Shown here: piece after piece, positions 53,335 to 64,000 of the stretch
How positions within the stretch are numbered: position 1 is the first letter of the stretch
How the letters are laid out: each line of letters begins with the position of its first letter
Source of the DNA: Lytechinus pictus
Lineage: Eukaryota
Direction of reading: 5' to 3'
DNA: 64,000 bases
Assembly: GCF_037042905.1 (NCBI RefSeq)
Contig: NC_087251.1
Span: 20,400,001-20,464,000 of the forward strand
Position numbers and translations under genes: made by a program
The notes under the pieces: model-generated
What the model was told of the DNA's origin: nothing
Seen by the model: the letters and a program-made list of their open reading frames with translations, nothing else
Database searches by the model: none

Positions 53335-54206
53335 CGGTCTATTTTACGTTGTCCTTGGCCTTGTTTGTTGTGTGTGTATTTGATTCAGAAGTGTATCACA
53401 GATGTTGTTGTTGTTGTTGTTTAGCTTAAATATCATTCAGCAGCGAATGTAGGCCTTCTTCTAGAAATTAATGCTGATTCCATATAAGCATATATCATTG
53501 CATTCCTTGTTCTTTACCATTTGGCAATTATAATTAAATTATGAGTGTCTCTTTTTGCCACACACTCTACATAATATAAGATTTAAAAAATCTTCTTTTT
53601 ATTTTTTAAATTCATTTTTTTATGACGAAATACTATTCTAATCATGTTAGACCCCACCACCCCCCCCCCCTAAAAAAAAAAAAAAATCAACACCAGCACC
53701 AACAACAAGCTTACATCATTAGAGGTGGATAACATGCGAAACAAACACACTGAAGAATATCAGCAAACTATATTCAGGAGCGCTGTAACCCTCATCAGTC
53801 TAGATATATCATTATTTTTCCGGGCCTGTAGCCAGCAGGAGGCTTTTATGTATAAGGGGTGCAGGGGCGGCGATCGGCTACGCGGGGGCTGGGGGCACAG
53901 TGTCCCCTCCACTTTTGAAGTACTGGTCGAAAAGTGCCCTTTTTATACACAAGAGAAATGCCCCCTCAGACTTTGAAATGTCCCCCTGTTCCTGAGAAGG
54001 CCCCGCTTTACGCCGTTAGCAAGTGCCCTATTTGGCTTCTAACAGGCGCCTTTCATGCCCCTGCTTATGCCCCTCACGAAGTGTTCTGTACCCCTTTTAC
54101 CTGAGAAGGGCCTGTCTTATGTGTTACAAACGTGTTCCCCTTTATAACAAAAAAAAATGAAGGAAAAAATTGTAATAATTCTATGTGCGTAAAGTTTAAT
54201 TAGTCA

Positions 54207-54474
54207 TGTATCTGTTTCTGTATCTGTTTGTGGTAACTCCCGTAGGAACTCGGCATGACAGCACTTTGCTGGTAAACGCCAAGCTGGTATATATACCAAT
54301 TACCTATATGAAAATTTTTTTCGTTTAGGTTAATCAGTCATAGTGGCTGACGTTCTAGACGATATATCACTCTCGGGCCTTTTTATCATAGTGGAGACAA
54401 TGGCAGAGTCGGGATTCGAACTCACAACCTTGCGATTATGAGTCCAATGCTCTAACCACTGGACCACACGACCC
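54207..54474 (-). mobile_element. tRNA-derived SINE
   Basis: Minus strand TGGTCCAGTGG A box, AGTTCGAATCC B box, (ACAGAW)n-type tail. Confidence 0.85.
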
Positions 54475-57400
54475 GTCATGTGATTGGGGTAGATAAACAG
54501 TAGCGTACACATGAGGGGGCTTGGGGGCTCTTCTCCTTCCCCCCCCAAAAAAAAAAAAATAAATAAATAAAAAATAAAAATCATGATCGATAAAAAAAAT
54601 ATATAGGAAATGAAAAGAAAGAGGGATGGGTGAAATGTATATTTTTTCTGAATATTATGTCAAAATCTATCAGAAAAATTGGATTTCCTTTATAAAATTG
54701 TCAAAAATGTTGCTCGCTCACTCCCTTCACAACTTCTTGTGACGTGATAAGGCATGTCTATCCGCCTCAAATTTTAGCTCATTACATGCACTGTAAATAA
54801 ATCAATTGCTTTCTTTGTTTTAAGATAGTGCCCTTTCGAAAAAAATGTGCCCTTGTTTCCTGTGCCTCCCCCACTTTCAAGTTCGCTCCGCCGCCCCCGA
54901 AGGGGGCGGGGGTTCTGTGGGGTGCTGTGTGTATTAAGTTGCAGCACTCCCTGATCAGAAATTTTGGCCGGTACTGGGACAAAATGGAGAAAAAATGTTC
55001 TACACTCGGTATAAAATCCCTTTTTGTGTGCTTGTCAAATTTCTCGGGACCAAAATGATCTTAATTTTTTTTTGGTAGTGATAGGCCCTGGCGGACCCGA
55101 GGGGGGTGGGGGGTTCAAATCCTGTCCGCACCCACCCTTGCATATTATTTGACAATTAAAATTTGTAATGTAAAAATGTCGTTATACAGAAGTATGCCCC
55201 CCCCCCCTTTGAAAGTGAAGACTTTTTTTTCTTGTCAAACTTTTCATCGGAAAAATGTGCCCCCTTTTTTGGAAAATCCTGGATCTGCCCCTGGTGATAG
55301 GGGACTGGAGCGGGGCGAGTCCGCCCCATTTTTCACGCTCTTGAATCGTCATTTCTTTGAAGGCAGGAAGGTCGTGCTTTATGATGTACTCTAGGTAATA
55401 TTTACCTAATATCTTAATTTTCAATTTTCTGCGAGGACATGCATGCGGTTTTGACAAAAAGTGGGCGTTAAGAAAAAATTTCGCTGCAGGGCGAACCTGA
55501 TTTTTTTTTTCCAAAATGGCCTCGAAATAGACAATTGTCGTAGATTTCTGGAATTCCGAGCACATGAACTTGCTACCTTTGGGTAGGTTGACATTACATC
55601 ATCAACAAAACACCAATCACAGCAAACTTGGGGGAAAATCATGTGCCGGGGTGGACTTGCCCCTGGGGTGCGGATTGACCCCGCTCTCCCTACCTTTTTT
55701 GCTAATAAAATTTCTCGGAATCAAATGACCTTCATTTTTTTAGTTAATCTTTTTTTTTTGCATTTTCTTATGTTTGTCAAATTTCGAGGGAACAAAATAA
55801 TCTTCTTTTTTTTGTCGTGAAACTGTTTTTTGTGCTTGTCAAATTTATTTTCCCTCCGTTCAGTTGATTTATCTTCAATTATGAATTGTCGGTGAACTTT
55901 TTATATTATTTTGTACCGTTACTTCGATTATATATCATTTTTGAACGAAAATAAATTTAAATCTAAATCTACATCTGATCAGCACCCCCAGTTAAATATA
56001 TAAAATCATTCCAGTGGCCCCGCGCATCGATTTGTTGAGATTGACAGCTCGGGCCTATGTTTAAAAATAATTTAAGCCTACATTTTTCAGATTGGAATAT
56101 CAAATATTTGCAGCTCCATGCTCGCCTCTCTTAGTAATTTCAATTTTCGGCTTTTTAAAATTTTCTTGCATGCTGGTCGGGTCAGTCAAACCTTTGAACC
56201 CATACTTGACACTAACAGTGTTCTTTTAATTCTAGGCCCATTCGTTTTTTTTTTTCCAGATCGTATCAAAAATTATATCTCCGCGCTCGCATTTATTCAG
56301 ATACCCACCCTAAACTACTGAGAATCAGAATGTCCTGTTTTCAGTCAAAATCGCAAAAAAGGCTGCTCGCACTTCGCGTTGCATAGGTCTTTACTTTGTT
56401 CGATATTCAAATTAAACTATCTAGTTTTAGGTGGGAATTTGAAATCTTTTCAGGTCAGTATAGGGCCTATAAAAAAAGCGAATTGTTAAATCATGCCAAT
56501 TGTATTTATAGGCATACTTTTATAACCGATCGGGCCGGGGAAATATGGATTGAAATATAGGGGGGCTACCCCCTCCTTATTGACGAGAGCAGGATCCGAC
56601 ACTGGAAGTATAAAGGAACCGAAAAAGGCTCTGATCATAAACTAGATTTTGTCAAATTTTTGTTATTAATTCAGAGCCCCCAACCGAAAAAATAATGGCT
56701 ACTTGCAAGCCTGTGAATGTAGTCAAAATAGCGCAAGGTAACATCAGCTTTGGATATATAGACTTTTAATTAAAAAAGGGACGTTTAAGTGTGCGAACGC
56801 GAAGACTTGTGCGAGCTGAAAAAAATCTTATCCAATCTGAAAATAGGTGACCAGAGCCCCGTTACAAAAAACTTAGCAATGATCGTAGAACATTTTTCTA
56901 CGACTGATTCCATAGACTACAATGTACAATCAATCGTATCAGCATATACGATCAATTGCTAACCTTTGTGTTACGGGACCCATGCAGGTTAATGCACTTT
57001 TCTCTTTTTTTTTATAGTTCATATCTTTTTGGAAGAGGGGTGGGGGAGCTACGAATAATTAGTATTAAATGTACTATGATGTACAATGATGAGTAAACTG
57101 CAGTCTTCTATGTTACACAGCGATCGTTTCGATGTATTAAGCGCTATATAAAAAGCGGATTATTATTATTATTGATATAGTCAGAGGAGTTTTTTTTTCG
57201 ATCAATATCTTCCTGATCATCAGGATCATGCATCTTTCAGCGTGAGAACATTTTTTGTCAAATTTGCATATGAATTGCTCTCTGAGTTGAGCGCCAGTAC
57301 ATATAATTTGCATATGAATAAAAGGCAGTCCTAAGCCGCGTTTCGAAAATGTGTGTGCATGTGTGTGTTGGGGGGGGGGGGGGCTGTTCGGAGTCCCCTA

Positions 57401-58867
57401 GCCCACCCGCCCGCATTCCGCTGAACCGTGACTTGCATGACCTGTTTCTGCTTTTTAGCATTAGTCTTATCAACATCAGTGAATGATTGTGAGATCATTA
57501 ATTGCAACAAACTTTGCATGCATGATGACAGCAACCCGTTTAATTTAGCCTTGTTTATACCGCAGACATATTTATCAACATATATTAAACAGCTAGACTG
57601 AATACTAATTTTGAAGAATAATTTGGTTTATTGTGCTTTGGTTTGTGATTTGCTCTGCTCATTTCGATTATCAACTTTACATTTGTTGTTTTCCTTTAGT
57701 TAGCTCCGAAAGCTGTCCCCCCCCCCCCAATCTCGGTCACACGGCCCTCTCGTTTAGATTTGAAGAAAAAAAAAACTGTTCACGCAGAGCAGGCGAGGCG
57801 CGCACAGTGTGTGATGAGTGAACTGTGAATGAAATTTGCATATAAATAGAAGCGATCAAGCTAATCTGGGCAGTGGATTAGAGGTGGATAATTTGCATAA
57901 GAATAGTCTAGACCGAGACAGGCGCAGGCACGAGTTAAGTATAGTATAAATAAATTAGAAATGTTTTCGGTCATTCGTTCTAATTCGTTTGCTTATACTA
58001 CTACACTCGTGAAAATACATCGTTTGTTTGGTTTAGTTCACAGTTCCATTATTAAGTTTCAATATAATAGTGGAAATATCTACCTCATTAGTCTTATTTA
58101 CTAGACTAAGCCAAATGTGTACGGCACGCGCTTTATCAGTCGATCTATCTTCAGTCAACATGCATGACGTATAGACGATCAGCTGTTTCTCGTTGTGAAT
58201 GGGATGGATGGGAGGAGGGTTTTCAGCCGGCCGCGCCGGAAACCGGAGCTTCGAATTCTCTACAGTCAAGGCACAAACGGTCCACGCCAGTGGTAGCAGC
58301 AGTGACTGGGCAGCAACCAGTCAGATGAAAAAGACAGTTTTGGTAACTATTGTTTTCGGTTTTCATTAAAATTTGTCTAGACTCTGGACCAAGTTGTACC
58401 TGGTTTCATACGGTATTAAGCCTAATTCTTGATGATGATTGTTATTGTTAATTGATTGATATCTTGGCGACCCTGCCCGTGCCATGGCCTTCCTAACAGT
58501 CCCAGGGAGCTCCGGCCCGCGAACTCCCTGGGTTATGGTCTTTCTTGCCTTGCCCTTTTGGCTGCACCATACTTCATACTATGCCTTGGCCTGGGCTTTA
58601 CAGTTTCAGGTTATTATTTAGGCCATGGGGCTGCCTGATTGGCTGGCGGATTGGGGCTAGATCGGGGACAAGATCTAGGCCAACATGTAGATAGTTCTTG
58701 GTCAGTGTATTTAAAAAAAAAAAAAAACTAGAGCTCAATAATGTCTGGGGTGTTGCAAGAAACTTGTTGTGATAAATTACTAGTCAATTTTTTGTCCCTA
58801 AATTAATCAGTCAATTAAACAATCAATCATGAATTAATTGATTGCTAATCTGATCCTAACTTCCTAA

Positions 58868-59458
58868 AGGTCAAGTACAGCTCTGAATGTTGATTTGAAT
58901 CAATAGAGGAAAATCAAACAAGCATAATGCTGAAAATTTCATCAAAATCAGATGTGAATAAAAGTGTTAAGACATTTTAAAGTTTCGCTTTGATATTTTT
59001 TACAAAACAGTTTAGAACTTGCAGAATTCTGTAATATGCAAATTAGAGGGTCGATGTCCCTCACTCACTATTTCTTATGTTGGTTATTGTTTGAATTATA
59101 CAATATTTCAATTTTTACACATTTGACATTAAGGACCAAATTGACTGAAACAGTGTTTAAATGAAATGCTCAGGAAGGAAAAAAAACTTTGTTTCATAGC
59201 ACGATGAGGAGGAAATAAGAATATTTCATATTTCAGATTTAAAATACAATATAAATATTGAGTGAGCGATGTCATCAGTCCCCTCATTTGCATACCGACT
59301 AGGATGTGCATATAACAGTTTTGCGAAATTAAGTGAAAATTTAAAATGTCATAACTTTCTTACTTTTCATATCCTGTTTTGATGAAATTTTCAGTGTTAT
59401 GTACGTTGTATTTTTCTCTTTTTATACAAATCAACTTTTCTTAGGATGGACTTGTCCT
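58868..59458. mobile_element. Kolobok-type non-autonomous element
   Basis: CTAA|AGGTCAAGTAC ... GGACTTGTCCT|TTAA; internal inverted ATTTCATCAAAA / TTTTGATGAAAT. Confidence 0.75.
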
Positions 59459-60908
59459 TTAAGAACATTCTTTGACTTAAGACTTAAGCCAAAGAGTGTT
59501 AGGCCTAACTTAGATCTAGTACTAATTTAATACTAGTACTAATTGCCACAGATAAGTATCAATTGCAAAATTGTAACCGAATAGATCTATTTGCATATGT
59601 ATTGTAAACTGCAAATTTGCATGACAAAATAAAAAAAAGTATGAAGGCTTCAAATATTTGGAATGCCTTGCCGCATGATATTAAACAATGTACTGTACAT
59701 CTCTCTATTCTTTCAAAGCTTTGTTGAAAAAATTCTTATTTCTCAGTATACCTAATTTCATTCACCTGCACTCACTCACATGCACACACTTGCACTTCTT
59801 TTTTTTCATAAATGATTTTCCCAACCGATAGATTTTTTTAAATCTTATATTTCGTGATGATCATTTTGTCAAAATATGATTTATGATGTTTTTCATGTAG
59901 CCTCCTCCTCTGGCTGCTATTGCTTTAAGCACTTCTGTGCTTATAATAGCTGGCCCCTGTATTTTACCAAACTGACCTTATCACATGCTTAGGTATGATT
60001 TAATCATCGGTCTTTTCTGTATGATTTACAATCTATCCCTACCATTGTCACATTTAAATTGTATTCATTTATATGTTTGGAATTATGTGAACATGTTAAT
60101 TTATCATTGATTTATGAATGAAATGCAGAAACACCTGCAAAAAAAAAATCCTAACATTATTGAAAATTTCTGTTTATTCCCATGAAAAGTTTCTTCCGCA
60201 AATTTCCCGGAAATTTTGCAACCCTAGGCGAGTGCAAAGCGCAAGCAAAAAAATTGTGATTTTCTATAAACCTGAAATGTATTATGTTATACTTCGAAAA
60301 GTAATTTTACTTTTGATAAAGGGCACATTTCATTTTGAAAAAAGGGAATATTTTCTACAGGAAAATTTAAAAATCATAACCAGCAGAAGCTGTTAAAATG
60401 ACACACCATCCCCTGAAAATATCCCTTTATCTTGAGGTTATTCATATGTGACAAACACACAGTCTCCAACATTCATACATGCTTTGACTGCAACATACAC
60501 ATGCATCATCCTCTGTTGAAACTATTACTGCATAATATCATGTAATTTTTTTAAATTACAACACCGTTTCTTGTTACAAAAATGAAACTTTGGAATAACA
60601 ATCCTTATTTAATTTTCGGACTACCAAACCTTCGGATTAACAAACCTTATTTCGTTTTCAGACTAACAAATCTTCGGATAAGCGAACATTATCTTTGGTT
60701 TTCGGACTAATGAACCTCGGAATTATGAATCTTATTGCTAAATGGACTAACAAATCTTCAGACTCACAAACCTTTATTTCATTTTTGGATTAAGAAACGT
60801 TCAGAATATTCAAAACTTCAGAATTACGAAAGTAACCTGATAAACCGATCATGCTCTACATTCAATATTCATATCTAATGGCTTATTTTCATTTTGTCTG
60901 TCTCCTAG

Positions 60909-61160
60909 AAAACATTTAGTGATGGCAATCAAACAACTGGCAAGTTCCGTCAAATAGATTTGGAGAAAGTCGCAGATACTTTGGGGAAACCTGAAGAGGG
61001 GCTCCAGGACATTTTGTCCACTGTGAAGGCCGTCACAGAGGACCTCGTTTATAATTGTGAGGACAGTGAGGACTCTGAAACTTCTTCGGGTGCCGATAGT
61101 TCAACCAGTCTTGAGAGTGAAGCAAGGGAGCCGCGAAAAAAGAAGAGGAAGCTATTAGGG
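60909..61160 (+). CDS. Candidate exon of an unknown nuclear protein (amphipathic helix, acidic Ser-rich tract, NLS PRKKKRK); possibly a pseudogene
   Basis: Strong acceptor ttttgtctgtctcctag, 252-nt open frame, donor GGG|gtaatt, coding-like composition against AT-rich flanks. Possible upstream exon MKKTVL|gtaact at 58325-58342. Confidence 0.55.
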
Positions 61161-61361
61161 GTAATTGGCCGAATGGGGGAATAAACTATCATAACCTACT
61201 TGCTAATTGGGATAAACTTATACTTCAAACTTTGATTTTAATAGGCATTATATGTCATAATGGATACCTAATGATGTATAAAATAACTGGTTTCAATGTC
61301 CAGGTATAATGTTATACCACAAACTATCTAAGTTTATATTTCATACTTACAACCGTAAGAA

Positions 61362-64000
61362 GTACATTACAGAGTATCATACAGCCGTACTTTGGCAAAG
61401 GAAACAAGTTACAAAACATTAATTTGTTGAAAATGAGTAATGTGTGTTCATCATATAAATAGGTGTAATTGCAATTTTACAGCAGTTTTTCTTCAGTATC
61501 TTTCATTGAACAATCACTTCTTCACCAAATTCAGCCTGAATGTGCCACATACAAAGGGTGTTTCAGAAACAGCAATAACTCAAATTTAAGTGATGTGTCA
61601 CTTGCTTCCTTTTGCCAAAGTTGGGCAGGTATAAGCTTATCACTTTTGATTTGTATTGCCTCATACATTGCAGAGTATCATACAGGTATAAGCTTATCCC
61701 GTTTGATTTGTATTGCCTCATACATTGCAGAGTATCCTACAGGTATAAGCTTATCCCATTTGACTTGTATTACCTCATACATTGCAGATAATCATACAGG
61801 GATAAGCTTATCCCATTTGATTTGTATAACCACATACATCGCAGAGGATCATAAAGGTATAAGCTTATCCCATTTGATTTATATTGCCTCGTACATTGTA
61901 GAGTGTCATACAGGTATAAGCTTATCCTATTTGATTTGTATAACTTGTACATTGCAGAGTATCGTAGTGGTATAAGCTTATCCCTTTTGATTTGTACTAC
62001 CTCATACATTGCAGAGTATCGTACTGGTATAAGCTTATCCCATTTGATTTGTATTACTCGTACATTGCAGAGTATCATACAGGTATAAGCTTATCCCATT
62101 TGATTTCCATAACCTCATACATTACAGAGTATCCTACAGGTATAAGCTTATCCCATTTGATTTGTATTACCTCATACATTGCAGAGAATCATTCAGGTAT
62201 AAGCTTATCCCATTTGATTTGAATTACCTCATACATTGCAGAGTATCGTACAGGGATAAGCTTATCCCTTTTGATATGTATTGCCTCATACATTGTAGAG
62301 TATCCGACAGGTATAAGCTTATCCCATTTGATTTGTAAAACTCGTACATTGCAGAGTATAGTACTGGTATAAGCTTATCCCTTTTGATTTGTATTGCCTT
62401 GTCCACTACAGAGTATCATGCAGGTATAAGCTTATCCCTTTTGATTTGTATTGCCTCATACATTGCAGAGTATCCTGCAGGGATAAGCTTATCCCATTTG
62501 ATATGTATAACTTGTACATTGCAGAGTATCGTAGTGGTATAAGCTTATCCCTTTTGATTTGTACTACCTCATACATTGCAGAGTATCGTACTGGTACAAG
62601 CTTATCCCATTTGATTTGTATTACTCGTACATTGCAGAGTATCATACAGGTATAAGCTTATCCCATTTGATTTCCATAACCTCATACATTACAGAGTATC
62701 CTACAGGTATAAGCTTATCCCATTTGATTTGTATTACCTCATACATTGCAGAGAATCATTCAGGTATAAGCTTATCCCATTTGATTTGAATTACCTCATA
62801 CATTGCAGAGTATCGTACAGGGATAAGCTTATCCCTTTTGATATGTATTGCCTCATACATTGTAGAGTATCCGACAGGTATAAGCTTATCCCATTTGATT
62901 TGTAAAACTCGTACATTGCAGAGTATAGTACTGGTATAAGCTTATCCCTTTTGATTTGTATTGCCTTGTCCACTACAGAGTATCATGCAGGTATAAGCTT
63001 ATCCCTTTTGATTTGTATTGCCTCATACATTGCAGAGTATCCTGCAGGGATAAGCCTATCCCATTTGATATGTATAACTTGTACATTGCAGAGTATCGTA
63101 CTGGTATAAGCTTATCCCATTTGATTTGTATTACTCGTACATTGCAGAGTATCCTACAGGTATAAGCTTATCCCTTTTGATATGAATTACCTCATACATC
63201 GCAAAGTATCTTACAGGTATAAGCTTATCCCATTTGATATGTATTGCCTCATACATTGTAGAGTATCGTACAGGTATAAGCTTATCCCATTTGATTTGAA
63301 TTACCTCATACACTGCAGAGTATCGTACGGGGATAAGCTTATCCCATTTGATATGTATTGCCTCATACATTGTAGAGTATCGTACAGGTATAAGCTTATC
63401 CCATTTGATTTGAATTACCTCATACACTGCAGAGTATCGTACGGGGATAAGCTTATCCCTTTTGATATGTATTGCCTCATACATTGTAGAGTATCGTACA
63501 GGTATAAGCTTATCCCATTTGACTTGTATTCCTCATACACTGCAGAGTATCGTACGGGGATAAGCTTATCCCTTTTGATATGTATTGCCTCATACATTGT
63601 AGAGTATCCTACAGGTACCGGGTATAAGCTTATCCTTTGGATTTGTATTACCTCATACACTGCAGAGTATCGTACAGGGATAAGCTTATCCCTTTTGATA
63701 TGTATTGCCTCATCCATTGTAGAGTATCGTACAGGTATAAGCTTATCCCATTTGATTTGAATTACCTCATACACTGCAGAGTATCGTACGGGGATAAGCT
63801 TATCCCTTTTGATATGTATTGCCTCATACATTGTAGAGTATCATACAGGTATAAGCTTATCCCATTTGATTTCCATAACCTCATACATTACAGAGTATCC
63901 TACAGGTATAAGCTTATCCCATTTGATTTGTATTACCTCATACATTGCAGAGAATCATTCAGGTATAAGCTTATCCCATTTGATTTGAATTACCTCATAC
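61362..64000 (-). repeat. Right 57-bp tandem array, inverted relative to the left array, runs off the window
   Basis: Units CAGGTATAAGCTTATCCCATTTGATTTGTATTACCTCATACATTGCAGAGTATCATA = reverse complement of the left consensus; includes 56-bp variants and a 567-bp higher-order repeat. Confidence 0.97.
61385..61625. mobile_element. 241-bp MITE with 3-bp TSD inserted in the innermost right-array unit
   Basis: CCGTACTTTGGCAAAGGAAACAAGTTACA / revcomp CCCAACTTTGGCAAAAGGAAGCAAGTGACA; TSD CAG at 61382-61384 and 61626-61628. Removal restores GAGTATCATACAGGTATAAGCTTAT. Confidence 0.8.

Larger units (their letters stand above)
37315..64000. mobile_element. Candidate giant Foldback-like DNA transposon: inverted 57-bp arrays flanking a transposase-like gene and a divergent gene
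   Basis: Same repeat in opposite orientations on both sides of a ~18.5 kb interior carrying a GHTHEDIDQ-motif gene. Right end lies beyond the window; TSD not visible. Confidence 0.55.

Noticed and set aside
60600..60830. Degenerate TTCGGACTAAC-type short tandem repeats
   Set aside because: Looks like a common decayed MITE interior; no clear ends.

Overview
AT-rich, intron-rich eukaryotic genomic DNA. The repeat repertoire (tRNA-SINEs, CR1/L2 LINEs, Kolobok/piggyBac/Tc1/Transib/Helentron-type non-autonomous elements) suggests a marine invertebrate, probably a sea urchin; that assignment is inference. 0-21.7 kb holds mostly transposon remnants: two decayed CR1/L2-group LINEs, a P-like MITE with a 7-bp TSD, a trio of palindromic MITEs, a HINE-like element, and a Transib-type element with CACAGTG (RSS-heptamer) termini and a 5-bp TSD. 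22.0-37.0 kb carries nine phase-consistent + strand exons of a NIDO-NIDO-IPT/TIG (Mesh/SUSD2-like) gene; its start and its 3' part were not found. About 330 bp after the TIG exon begins the main candidate, a unit of more than 26 kb. It consists of a ~83-copy array of a 57-bp palindrome-cored repeat (37.3-42.9 kb), a ~18.5 kb interior, and the same array in inverted orientation (61.4 kb to beyond the window end). The interior contains a spliced, decayed GHTHEDIDQ (DUF7869/Sola-like) transposase-like gene on - and a divergent NLS-bearing gene fragment on +. This fits a giant Foldback-like DNA transposon inserted in an intron, but the right terminus and any TSD lie outside the window.
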